64,000 nt of DNA from Octopus vulgaris (GCA_951406725.2 OX597830.1:59024001-59088000); one strand, 5' to 3'; positions 39,739 to 52,555 are shown, counted from the first letter of the stretch. Program-made: numbers and translations. The notes: generated by a model not told the origin, from the letters alone.

Positions 39739-41455
39739 ATTATTATTATTTATTATTATGGCCGGGTTCCAACCCGGGCCGCAGCAACAAAATCCACCCA
39801 CCACACTTCTCAATCCATCATCGCTGCCTCGAGCTCCTGGATACATTCCCGGTCAGTGTCAGCAATCAAGTTGTCAAGTTGACGACGTTTTCCAAATCTT
39901 CTTACATCACCAGGAGCTGCTTTCCACAAACTAATCTGGAAGCTTCCAGCTCAGCGTGGCGCATGCAGTGACCAGATAATTGCAGCCATCTTTGCATGAT
40001 ATTCTCGCTAACTTTCGGCAGGTCTTCATTAAGGCATTCATTTGTCATATGTGGCTGCTATTTCACATTTAGGGCCATTCGTAGCATCCTTGGGTATCAT
40101 CCATTTAACCCGTTTGATAATTTCTTTGCCAGTGTCCATGTTTTACTGCCCTATAACAGCACCGATTTGACAGCTGCAATGACCAGCTTGATTGTGATTC
40201 GCCGGAGCAATTTGGAGTTCAGGACATTCTTTAGTCTGTGAGAGGCTGTCTATGCTTGTGCCTTCCTGATCTTGATGTCTGCTTCCGAACTGCTCATCCA
40301 ACCACCTAAGTACATGAAGTCTTTAACAACATTCAATTCGGAACCACTCAAAGCAAACAGTTCAGCATCCCTTGATTGGTTGAAAGTCATGTATTCGCTT
40401 TTCTTGACATTTGTGTACGGTTCAGTTTTGGCAGCTGATGTCTCTTCTCTGCTGAGCAGCTGTTGAGCTCGATTTGTTTCATCAGATGCATGTGCTACAT
40501 CATCTGCGAAGTCCAGGGCTGTGATGCTTACTGCTGGTACTCTCTGCAATCCTTGCCGGTCAAAGGTGAAACCAAGCTCTTCGTCACTGTTGCCTACAGC
40601 CTGCCGCAGTGCGTAATCCGATACAATTTTGCAAACAGGCAAGGTATAAGCATGTCTCCTTAAAGCACTTCAACTAAGACTCTGCAAAGAACATGTAGCT
40701 GCTATCAATGGTATCCCAACGAACAATACAGGCTAAAAATACAAACTTCCAAAGCCACTCTTCAAAATACCAACGGCACCATCGAGGAAGCGGAGTTAAA
40801 TCTAATGATTGATCACGTAAGGCAGCAGATGCAAATTCAATGCAAAGGAAAAACTTGAAATTGAGATCAGCGGAAGGAAAGCAGCAAAGCCGGGCATCGT
40901 CCTTGGGAACAGCAGGGAGGAACGTGTCTTAAAGTGGTATCGACATTTCAGACAATTGCTCGGAAAGTCTCCCCTTGTAAGCAGTGACGATGAAGAAATT
41001 CAACCTGTTTTCAACAATCTCATATACAGAGCAGGACCCTTTGATTTGGGAGAACTTCACAGTGCCAAAAATAGACTAAAGGAGGGGAAAACTGCAGACT
41101 CTGATGGAATTCCACCTCCGAAGTAATCAAGCGGTGTTATTTTGGATGAAATAGTACTGGATTTTGCGAATAAGATCTTGCAGAACCAAGAAAGTCCAGA
41201 TCAGTGGTTAGAGATTGACTTAATACTAATCCCAAAGTAAGAAAAGCTAAGAAATGAAACTGACTACAGAGGAATTGTACTGACCAATAACTCGCTCAAA
41301 GTCACCAACCGAATGATCCTCAATAGGATTCAATCGGTGCTTGATAGTTATCTGAGACTAAATCTGATAGATTTAGACCAGGGAGATCCACAACATCCCA
41401 GATCTTATACCTGAGGCGTATCACAGGAAGAATTAAATCAAGACAATTACCTCAA
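39739..41455. mobile_element. RTE-clade LINE with inverted 5' part (3' half minus 39739-40680; 5' half plus 40690-41455)
   Basis: Minus: IVSDYALR, ITALDFADD, VVKDFMYLGGWMSSSEADIKIRKAQA, then a (TAA)n tail. Plus: GRKAAKPGIVLGNSREERVLKWYRHF, DYRGIVL, NRMILNRI, FRPGRSTTSQIL. Confidence 0.85.
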
Positions 41456-41549
41456 ACCTGGATCGAAGATGTTACATGAATCAAGATTCCGTCTTCTTGT
41501 GTGTGTGAGAATATGTGTGTATGTTAGTGTATGTGTGTATGTGAGAAAG

Positions 41550-41841
41550 TTGTTTGTTCCTTCTCGATCCATGCCTGGCTCATAAGGGCCGGTTTCCCGG
41601 TTTCTTGGCGTACAGGTTCCCCACCTGGACGGGACGCCGGTCCATCGCAAGATGCAGGAGGAAAGAGTGAGAGAAAGTTGTGGCGAAAGAGTCAGCAGAA
41701 TTTCGCCATCACCTTCTGCCGGAGCCGCGTGGAGCTTAGGTGTTTCGCTCATAAACACACAAATCGCCGGGTCTGAGATTCGAACTCGCGATCCCTCGGC
41801 CGCGAGTCCGCTGCTCTAACCACTAGGCCATGTGCCTCCAC
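41550..41841 (-). mobile_element. tRNA-derived SINE with V-like domain and 12-bp TSD
   Basis: Minus head GGAGGCACATGGCCTAGTGGTTAGAGCAG...GAGTTCGAATCTC; GCGATGGACCGGCGTCCCGTCCAGG; TSD TATGTGAGAAAG at 41538-41549 and 41842-41853. Confidence 0.85.
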
Positions 41842-43412
41842 TATGTGAGAAAGAGAGAGACAGAGACAGAGACAGACAGAGGGTGTATATGTGTGTGTAT
41901 ATGTGTGTGTGTTTCTAGGACGACAACATATATTGTCTAATCTATCCTTTAAGGAAGCCAAAGTGTTATTTGAAGGAGATTTGGTTGCTATTTCTAGCAT
42001 GTCAAGTGACACTAAACATTTTTTAAGATGCTGGGGTGTGAATTGAAGCAGATTTAGCTGCTATTTTTTTGCAATAACAGAGAGGCTCCTTGTTATGGTT
42101 GCAGTAGCGGTAGCAGTAGCGGCGGCGGCGGTGGTGGTGGTGGTGGTGATGGTGGTGGCAGCGGCGGCGGTGTTTGTAATGGTGTTAGTTTTGGTGGTGG
42201 AGGAGGAGGTGGTGGCGCTGTTTTGTTGTTATTCATAATATTATCTATTATTGTTAATGTTGCGGAATGCTTTCTTGTGTTTAGTTTTTGCTGTTTTTTT
42301 CTCTTGTTGTTGTTGTTGCTATTGTTCTGCATCCTACGCATTTCTCCAAACAAACACACAAACACACGCGCACTCACACATGGCCAGATGCACAGACACA
42401 CGTTTTCCTTCTCTCCTCTCTTTCTTTCTCTTTCTCTTTCACTTTCCCTCTGTCATTCTCTTATTTCTAATCTTACGTTTACACACACACACACAGGTAC
42501 ATATGTATGTACATGCATATGTATATGTGTGTGTGCATGTGTGTATATGCATATGCGTATGTGTATATATATGTATAGACATGTATATACACATATACAT
42601 ATACTAATGTATATATATATATATATATATACACGTATGTGCATATGTATTTGTATATATGTATGTATATTCATGAGTATATATATATATATACGTGTAT
42701 ATACATATATATATATATATATGTATGTGTATATACATGTCATTGTCCCTCTATCATACACTTACACACACACAAATACACGCACATTTACACACACATT
42801 TACACGCTTACACACTTACACACACACACACTTACACACACACACACACACACAGATGGACCCAGTCGCCAAATAGCTACGAGAGGTGTACAATGAGAAA
42901 ACCATGCTATAAACACACCCACGCATTTAGGTGTGTATGTGGGTGTGTTTTCTTTTAACCCTTTCTCCACCTCACCAACACACACACACACGGCCCCATA
43001 CACACATACAACGTACACGTGCACACACACACATCCTCACACACTCGCAAACACAATCACACATATTTACATCCCTACACACACACATAACCTTAAGTCT
43101 ACATACACACATAGGCGCCATATGGCTGTGTGGTTATGAAACTTGCTTCGCAACCATGTGGTCTTGGGTTCTGTCCCACTGCGTGGTACTTTGAGCAAGC
43201 ATGAATCCCCGGGTTGATTCTATATGATTTCATGTCGGACGAAACTCTTTACGGTTTTCAGTTCCATCAAATCAACTTTGCTTTTCATTTTTAACATAAA
43301 ATACGAGACATGGGATCTATCTATCTATCTATCTATTTATCTTTCCATCCATCCATCCATCCATCCATCCATCCATCTATCTATCTCTCTATCTATCTAT
43401 CTATCTATCTAT

Positions 43413-43536
43413 ATCCTTTTTGATCACTTTTCCGATCCCTTTTGATCGGAAGTTTATATTTGTTCCCTTTTTTTCCTTTTTCATTTTCATTTTCGAAAAG
43501 AAAAGCTCTACATTTGTATTTGTTCCCTCTAAAGAG

Positions 43537-43537
<1 letters not shown>
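43413..43537 (+). mobile_element. Short 3'UTR fragment of the Tx1-like family embedded in (TATC)n
   Basis: TTCGAAAAGAAAAGCTCTACATTTGTATTTGT is identical to 33396-33427. Confidence 0.75.
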
Positions 43538-43609
<72 letters not shown>

Positions 43610-43647
43610 AATCTATCTATCTATCTATCTATCTGTATGTATGTATG

Positions 43648-43682
<35 letters not shown>

Positions 43683-44677
43683 TTTTTTTTTTTAGTATAT
43701 ATACTAAAATTTTTAACCTTTAAACATTTTCTTTAAAAGAAACTATCCACGTATTGTGCGATTGTAGTTTTTAGATTTGATTCGTTTTTGCCAAGAAGTT
43801 GAAGAAAACGGAGAACCAGTTCTGTCGGTGGATGTGGAAAATAGACGGTTTGTACAATGGAGGACCATGTTTGTATCTGCTGTGGTCAACGATTGGTCAA
43901 TGTTGATTTGCTAGTGGACATTCTGGACAGACAAACCAACAGAAAATCCGAAGAAATAATTCGGAAGTGATTGAATCACAATGCTACTGCAAAAGGGTAG
44001 GATACGGTATTGACTCATAAACTACAGATGGAAGTACATGATGGTTGCTAAATGAGGTGTCGCTACCAACAATCAATCAATCTGAGTGTTCTGTGGATCA
44101 AGAAACTAAAACCATCCATTGTTGTACAGATCAGTCCCAGTCGATGCAAATATCTCGTTCGAAGTTGTGACAAAAGAGAACATTTATGCTGAACTGATGC
44201 AGAAATTACAGTTTTTGTGTCCCAGTTCTATAAATTCTCATTTCTATTTACTATCACAAGTGTTCTGGGATCGTTTCCAGAAAATTCGCTGTAAACATTT
44301 TTGCTGATGGAAAATTTGCCATGAAGGAGGCATACAAGCAGACTGTCAACTAGATAACTCGTTTTAAAGAAATTACCTTTCTCTAGTTAGGTTACCTGAT
44401 GCAGTTGCCATTTTAAGAAAACAGCTTTTTTTTTCAATTTATTGTTTTTTTCTTATTACAATGAATTTTCCTTCGTCAAAAATGTTTGCGGCAAAATTTC
44501 CTATGTAAAAGACTTGCTTGAAATCCGGGAAATGTTAAGTCTTTTTATGAAGAAAAAAACTAAAACAAATTCAGTCCCACTGCGTGGCACCTTGGGTAAG
44601 GGTCTTCTACTATAGCCTCCGGCCGACCAAGGCCTTGTGAGTGGATTTGGCAGACGGAAATTGAAAGAAGCCCGTCG

Positions 44678-44710
<33 letters not shown>

Positions 44711-45013
44711 CTGTGTGTGTCTTTGTGTGTCTGTGTTTGTCACCCCCTTCCCCTTCTCAACATCGCTCTGCATCGGCTTGATGGCGAGCAGAGAGAAAGA
44801 GAAAGAGAGAGGGAGAGAGAGTGGGGAGAGAGAATCAGACAGAAAAAAAAAGAATGAAAGAACTGAAGAAGGAAGGAAGGAAGAAAAAGAAAAGAAAGAA
44901 ACGAAACGAAACGAAAACTTCTTAAGCATTCTGAAGCAATTCATAAGTTTCATGTTATGAACATACATACACAATCCCGTGGATGAAGTCTATGGCAGAT
45001 CCACAGTAAAAGA

Positions 45014-45059
<46 letters not shown>

Positions 45060-45183
45060 CACGTACTAAGCCACACAAAAGAACTTTGTCACATTGCTTA
45101 TCTCCGGGTGAATTTGGCAAAGAACTTACAGCTCGAACAGAAGCATTCACACGCAGGTAAGCACGTACGTATGTGTGTTTATA

Positions 45184-45220
<37 letters not shown>

Positions 45221-45820
45221 ATAGGTGCGTATATGCGGTCGTACGTGCATGCAATGAAAAGGTGATATAATTAATTATTACATTAATCAGCATATTTTAA
45301 TTACAAACATAGGCGCGGACGTGGCTGTGTGGTAAGACGTTTGCTTTTCAAAAACATAGTTCGGGTTCAGTCTCGCTGTGTGGCTCCTTGGGAAAATATA
45401 TTTTACTGAAGCCTCGGGACGATCAAAGTCTTGTGAGTGGATTTGGTAGATGCCAACTGAAAGAAGCGAGCCGTATACATATTTATATAACGGACAGAGT
45501 CAACAACTATTGAAAAGGTTGCAAAACGCAACGAAAAGTTACAAATAAATAAATGAGTGGAAATCGAACTGGTGAGTGTGTTAATTAATAAGGCACTAAA
45601 AGAGAATGACTCTCCCCAGGCACAGTTATACATATATTTCTAAAAATTCGCTACCCTATATTTTACGAATATGATTTTAGCAATTTCAAAAGATTAATTC
45701 GACATCTTTTCATTTGCTGCCGGCTGAAACCGCGCTTGCGCAGTGAATTTGAAAAATTATAATATATATTGATGAGATACGTGTAATTCAGTCTCTAAAT
45801 TATATGTTAGTGTTTTGGCG

Positions 45821-45894
45821 TAGCCACTGATGAGAACTCCGCCTAGTAAATTATTTTATTTGCTAATTAGAGTTTGAAACCTAGGTAATGGCTG
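45821..45894 (+). ncRNA. Type-I hammerhead ribozyme motif
   Basis: TAGCCA-CTGATGA-GAACTC...GAGTTT-GAAA-CCTAGG-TA-(A)-TGGCTG; palindromic stem III ACCTAGGT; one extra A after the cleavage site. Confidence 0.6.
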
Positions 45895-46029
45895 TAAAAA
45901 AAAACAAGGTAAAAGTTTTTTGTTTTCACTCCCTTCGAAATGTGGTTTTGGTCGTTCTGACTGCTCCTTCTAGCGTGTAAGGCTGCCTGTTAAGGGTTGC
46001 CTCTTTTGTGTTTAAATGTACACTAATTT

Positions 46030-46111
<82 letters not shown>

Positions 46112-47644
46112 TGTATGTATGTATGTATATACTTCTCAACCAGAACTGTCCGACGAACGGGAACGTGAAACTCTGAGTAACAGTTTTTGTGATGTCTGTG
46201 CATCTTTAGTAATGAAGGATATTACTCTACCTTCGGTATTCGAGTACTATTTTTTCCACCTCGTTACACATTTATATGTTCATTCTGCTGTGTATATATG
46301 CGTGTGTCTGTGTGTTCACCACCGCCGCTTGAAAACCGGTGTTGGTGTGTTTACATCCCTTTGAATTGGCGTTTCGGCAAACGGGAGCGATAGAATAAGT
46401 ATCAGGGAGAAACAGAAGAGAAAGAAACAGTCCTGGGGTCGATTTATTCGACTAAGAAATTCTTCGAGGCGGTGCTCCAGCATGGCCACAGTCCAATGAC
46501 TGGAACACATGAAAGATAAAGCAGCGAGCTGGCAGAATCGTTAAGGCGTCGGACAAAATGCGTTGCAGCATTTCTTCCGGCCCTTTACGTTCTGAGTTCA
46601 AATAACAACCAAGACCAACTTTGCCTTACACCCTTCGAGATCGATAAAATAGAATACCAGTCAAATACTGGGGTCGATGTGACCTATTTGCTCCTCTCCT
46701 CTAAAAGTTCTAGCTTTGTGCTAGAAAAAAAAAAAAGCAATTTTAACCTCAACCCTAATCAGCAGCATACGATTGCTTGATGGAAGAGTTGAACTGGCAG
46801 GATTTGAACCTACTTAATTTTATCGACTCAGAATAACGTCTAAGTTCACCGTGATAGGAATTGAACTCGAAACCTAAAGCGTCATAACTAAATACTGTTA
46901 AATAAGTTGCCCGAATCTCTATATAAATTCTGTTGTAATCTAGGCACAAGACCCGAAATTTTGGGAGAGGAGGCCAGTTGATCAGGTCAACCTCAGTACG
47001 CAACTGGTACTAAATTTATCGACCCTGAAAGGATGAAAGCAAAGTCGACCTGGGTGTAATTTGAACTCAGAACGTAAAGACAGATGAAATACTGCTAAGC
47101 ATTTCGCCCGGCGTGCCAACATTTCTTATTTCTTTCTTGCCCACAAGAGGATAAACATAGAGGGGACAAACAAGGACAGACAAAGGGATTAAGTTGATTA
47201 CATCGACCCCAGACGTGGGTTCGATTCCTGATGACGCGTTGTATCCTCGAACTAGGCATTTTATTTTACTTTGCTCCGATCCACCCAGCTGGCAAGAATG
47301 TGTTGTACCTGTAATACAAAAGGGCCGGCCTCATCCCATTCTGTGTCACGCTGAATCTTTCTGGGAAATTGATTAATGGTACACGAATCTGGGGAATGCT
47401 CAGCCACTTGCACGTTAGTTTCACGAGCAGGGGGTTCTGTTGATCAGATCAGCTGAGATACTCATCGCCGTAACCGACGGAGGGCATGTATAAGCCCAGC
47501 CACTTAAGAACATCAGATGCTGAGAGAGATTAATCGTATCTCCTTCCGAATGTCGGAAGGGGAAACGAAACCCTGTCACACGTTTACGGTGTCACTTTTC
47601 TCTTTCTCTCTCATCACCACAATTCGTCGATGAATAAAATAACG

Positions 47645-48145
47645 ATTGCGTGGTAAGAAGCTTGCTTCCCAACCACATGGTTCCGGGTTCGGTCCCACTG
47701 CGTAGCACCTTGGACAGGCATCCTCCATTATAGACTCGGGTCAACCAAAGCCTTGTGAGTGAATTTGGTGGACGGAAACTGAAAGAAGCCCGTCGTATAT
47801 GTCTGTATCTCCCTTTCTCTCTCTCACACACGTGTGTGTGTGTGTGTGCCGTATATATCTGTATCTCTTTCTCTCACACATATATGTGTGTGTGTATGTA
47901 TGCGTATGTGTGTCTATGTGTCTGTTCCCCTACTACCGCTTGAGAACCGGGACTAGTTTGTTTACGTCCCCGTTACTTAGCTGTTCAGCAAAAAAAAATC
48001 GATGGAATAAATACCAGGCTTAAAAAAAGGTACATGGGATCGATTCACTCGGCTAAAATTCCTATTCTTCAAGGCGTTGCTCCAGCATCGCCGCAGTCTA
48101 ATTACTAAAACAAATAAAAAAAATAACAGATAAAAAGATAAAAAT
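47645..48145 (+). mobile_element. Family-A SINE, near full length
   Basis: TGCGTGGTAAGAAGCTTGCTTCCCAACCACATGGTTCCGGGTTCGG ... GGCGTTGCTCCAGCATCGCCGCAGTC tail. Confidence 0.8.
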
Positions 48146-48163
48146 TAAGAAATATGATCAAAA

Positions 48164-48169
48164 TTTATT
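48164..48169 (-). promoter_or_regulatory. Candidate polyadenylation signal of the chitin-binding gene
   Basis: AATAAA on the minus strand ~154 nt after the TGA, followed by T-rich sequence. Confidence 0.5.
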
Positions 48170-48322
48170 TGAGGTTGATTTGGAAATCACAAAATACTTT
48201 CTGCTGTTTTCACTCGTTCCAAGATCACCGGAAAAATGAAGATTTAAAAAGAAAAAAAAAAGATGGGGGAAGAAAAGTAAGGTAAAAAAAAAGAAAAGAA
48301 AAGAAAGAAGCAAGAGACGAAT

Positions 48323-48519
48323 TCAGGGTCCATCTTTTATCTGTCCGTCCTGATTGGGCCATGAACAGACTTTATAAACAGGATGAAATACGGTTCCCTG
48401 AGCACATTCCATGGGTCCAATACTGACCCCGTTGACACAAAAGTAGAAGGAACCAGTGTGGTTGGGGTCGGCCACCAGATGGGTTGTGTCTTTGGAGTCG
48501 AAATGTCCACAATTGATTC
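48323..48519 (-). CDS. Exon 3 (last) of secreted chitin-binding type-2 (CBM14/peritrophin-A-like) protein
   Basis: Acceptor TTTCCTTTCTCTTTCCAG|GA, phase 1. (G)INCGHFDSKDTTHLVADPNHTGSFYFCVNGVSIGPMECAQGTVFHPVYKVCSWPNQDGQIKDGP-TGA matches the CBM14 pattern (DP..., FY.C..G, C..GTVF.P....C.W). Confidence 0.88.
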
Positions 48520-48547
48520 CTGGAAAGAGAAAGGAAATTATAAATAA

Positions 48548-49150
48548 TCGATTCAAATTTTGTAACAAGGACAGCAATTTCAAGGGGCGGGGGAGTAAGT
48601 CGATTACATCGACCTCAGTACGCAACAGGTACTTATTTTATCGGTCCCGAAAGGATGAACGGCAAAGTCGACCTCGGCGAAATACCGTTCAGCATTTCGT
48701 CCAGCGAACTTAACGATTCTGCCAGGTCGCCGCCTCAAAGGAAATTATGAATAGTCCTTTCTACTATAGGCACAAGGCCTGAAATGTGGAGAAGAGGACT
48801 AGTCGATCACATCGGCCCCAGTGTTTCACTGATACTTAATTTATCGACCCCGAAAGGATGAAAGTCAAAGTCGATCTCGGCAGAATTTGAACTCAGAACA
48901 TAGCGACAGACGAAATACCTATTTCTTTATTACCCACAAGGGGCTAAACACAGAGGGGACAAATAAGGACAGACAAAGAGATTAAGTCGATTATATCGAC
49001 CCCAGTGCGTAACTGGTACTTAGTTTATCGACCCCGAAAGGATGAAAGGCAAAGTCGACCTCGGCGGAATTTGAACTCAGAACGTAACTGCAGACGAAAT
49101 ACGGCTATACATTTCGCCCGGCGTGCTAACGATTCTACCACCTCGCCACC
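48548..49150 (-). mobile_element. Two stacked family-B SINE insertions (48548-48735; dimeric 48755-49150)
   Basis: Heads GGCGGCGACCTGGCAGAATCG and GGTGGCGAGGTGGTAGAATCG; Deu/Nin-like core GACTTTGCCTTTCATCCTTTCGGGGTCGATAAA; flanked by three GGAAATTAT(A/G)AATA copies. Confidence 0.85.
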
Positions 49151-51248
49151 TCGGAAATTATAAATAACAAAAACATCACTGACGGTGTTTTATCGCGTTT
49201 ACACATCTTGTGTTATTCAAGCATTTTACCACTTAGTCAGAGAAAAAAGGGCCACCGAGACTAATTAGAACAGTGGTCCTCAAATCCCCATTTTTTTTTT
49301 GCCTATGGACCCCTTTGATTTTTATTTTACTCGGATGGACCCTCCAAGCCATTCGACGTTTTGAAAAATCCTGTTATATTTTCATATTTAAATATTATTA
49401 GGAACTGTATGAAAAAAAAAAGGTTGTTAAAATATTTTATTTATTGCCCATAAATTTTAGTAACAGAATCTTATGCGGACCCCAAAGATCATATGGGTTA
49501 AATGGGTCCCGGTGGTGCTGTTAAGCCGGGTCACATATTAAATAGTCGAGGGCGCGGGATTTGAACTTAGAGCGCCAAGAGCCGCAACAGATATTGCAAA
49601 ACATTTCGTCGGGTACTCTGTCTATTACATCAGTTCACCACCCGATACTCTGCTACATTATTTCATCAACCCCAAACTGAGAGAGAAAAAAGAAAGCAAA
49701 AAATGAGTGACAAAGATTTTGGTGGGACTTGAAATCAGGACGCCAGGAACCGGAATAAATACCGCAAGGTATCGCTTCCGTTGCAACCAATTCGCTGATG
49801 AATCGTTTGTTTCATCTTCTAATTGCTGCATTCACTGGACTGCGGCCATACTGGGGCACCCTCACGGAGGGTTTGATTAAACAAATCTACATCAAAACTT
49901 ATTTTAAAGTCCCTACTTATTCTGTCGGCGTCTGTCGAGCAGTATCAAGCTGCTGCCAAGTTAAGGGAACGCATACAAACTAACACCGGTTATCAAACAA
50001 TGTGGGGAGGACAAACACAACAGAAACACAATGATACACACATACATGCAGACACACACACACACACACACACATACATATATAATAGATACGATGGGAT
50101 TCCGTACAGTTTCCAATGCCAAATTCACTCTGTGTGTGTGTGTGTGTCTTCCACCATGCGTGACAACCGGTGTTGGTGTGCTTACGTCTTCGTATTTTGC
50201 AGGTTTTAAAAAAGATAAATATTGGAGCCGATTCCTTCGACTAAAAGATCTTCAGGCAGGTGCCCCAGTATGGCCGCAGTCTAAAGACAGAAACAAGTAA
50301 AAGATTTTTAAAAAAAGAGATGAAAAGTTGCAGTTTTTGAAGAGAGTGTTTGGAGTGTCGGTGTCTCTCTCATCCTGGGATTCATTTTATCAGTCTCCAC
50401 AGTCAAACCTTAAAGTTACGGGGCATAAAAGGATAGCATTAGCAACAATACCAGTAATTATAGCGGTGCATACATACGCTCTCTTCACCTCTCTCTCCTT
50501 CTCTCTCTCTCTCACACGCACAAAACTCATGCATGTGTGTATGTATGTATGCACGTATGTATATGTGTGTATGTATGTATGTATGCACGTATGTATATGT
50601 GTGTGTGTGTGTGTATGTATGTAGTTCTCTCGCACATAGCTGGTATGTAATTGTACATTTGTTTCCATGTATTGTGTAGTGTGTGTAAAAAACATCCTGA
50701 TGAGGGGAGAGTCAGTTTCGAATACATGAAATGTATCGTATTATTTGGCACATCTCCGTAGATGAACAATTTTGTAATTTTTGTATTTTTATTTTTTCTC
50801 TATTTTTCTGTATTTTTTTCTGGAATTTTAATATGTCCTTTATATGTTTTAGTATCCCAAATTTTTAATTTACCAAATGTTAAATGTTTTTTATGATTTT
50901 AAGCGTAAATTCACTGTTTTGTATGTAACACTGATTCTTATATATTTATATATATTATATGATGTTTATATATATATATATATATTAATATTATTATTAT
51001 TATTATTATCTTAATATATGTCAGATTTTATATCCGTTCTGTAGATATAAATGAATATATGAATATATGTATGTATTTGAGCTTTCTGTGTGGATTTTAG
51101 TAATGTTCCTTTAGTTACTGCTCGCATTGCCTCCGCTCAGACTTAAAAATATGTATGTATGTATGTATTTGTGTGTGTGTGTGTACATATGTATGTAATT
51201 GTGTGTATGTATTATGTATTTATGTAAGTATGTATGTATATATGTATG

Positions 51249-51300
<52 letters not shown>

Positions 51301-52344
51301 CGTACATACGTATGCATGTATGTATGTACGTAAGTTTGTAAGTATGTAAGTATGTATGTATTTATGCATGTATGTATGTGTGTATGTATGTATTCATGTA
51401 TGTATGTAGGTGTGTATTTACTTGCGTATGTTATCTTTTCTCCGTGTTTCTCTGGCGGACAAACACAAACACACACACGCACTCACACGCGCATGTGTGT
51501 ATGTATGCATGAGTGTGCGTATGTATGTGTGTGCTTGCGTGTGCGTATGTATGTGTGTGCTTGCGTGTGCGTGTGTGTGTGTGATTTTGCAGATAAATTC
51601 GCATTTCAAAGGAAATCTTGTCTCAAGGATGAAAGATCCACGAGGGATGGGTTGAGGAAAACATTGAGAGACGATTTATGTCGGAAGCAAAATTGTGAAA
51701 ATACCATTACATAATACCAACATATGTCGTTTTCGTCTTTCCGCTATTAGTCTGCGGCCATGATGGAGCACCGCCTGGAAGCATTGTTAGTGGAATTCGT
51801 CCTATTATTTAGGGTTTTTTTCTTCTTTTTTTAAAATCCTGTTACTTATTTTATCGATCACTTTTGCCGAACCGCACACTTACGGGAACATAAACACACC
51901 AACACAGGTTGTCAAGCAGTGGTGGGGAACACACACACACACACGCACACACACACACATACACATTCTTTCTTTTTTATTCTTTTATTTGTTTTAGCCA
52001 TTTGACTGCGGTCATGCTGGAGCATCACCTTTAGTCGAAAAAATCAACCCCAGAACTTATTCTTTGTAAGCCTGGTACTTATTCTATCAGCCTCTTTCTG
52101 CCGAACAACGATTGTCAAGCGATGGGGGGGGGGGCAAAGATAGACATAAATAACAAATACATACATTCATATATATATATATATATGAAGCCCGTCGTAT
52201 ATACCCTGTACGCCTATTTGATTATGAAGATTTACAAACATACTTTCCCAGTGATACTTGGTTTACCTACCATTATAAATAATACCAAATGTTTTTTCTC
52301 AAACCTTTTATAATGTGATATAAGTCTTTGGTATAGCAATTGCA

Positions 52345-52438
52345 CGCGGCTGAAGAGGCTTTTGAACTATCTGTTATGTCGATTATGCATTGATGTAAGA
52401 ATAAGTTGTTCTATAAAGCTCGAAACATATGTACCGCG
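52345..52438 (+). ncRNA. Type-I hammerhead ribozyme motif with long stem II
   Basis: CGCGG-CTGAAGA-GGCTTT...AAAGCTC-GAAA-CATATG-TA-CCGCG: 5-bp GC stem I, intact core, GUA triplet, palindromic stem III. Confidence 0.75.
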
Positions 52439-52555
52439 ACATCCTTTGTATCCTGTTTTTCATTTTATTTTTATTTTATTTCATTTGACACATATATCCT
52501 CTACTAGCTGGCATTTACAGGTGCTTACATTTATCAAGTATTCACCCTGAATTTT

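Noticed and set aside
41760-41841. tRNA-like sequence (also 34580-34657 and the family-A heads)
   Set aside because: SINE heads with A/B boxes that continue into SINE bodies, with a TSD and no complete cloverleaf acceptor stem.
43760-44330. Unique-looking stretch as a possible exon
   Set aside because: Multiple stops; LWIKKLKPSI resembles a Penelope GIY-YIG C-terminus, so probably an old TE remnant, too weak to annotate.
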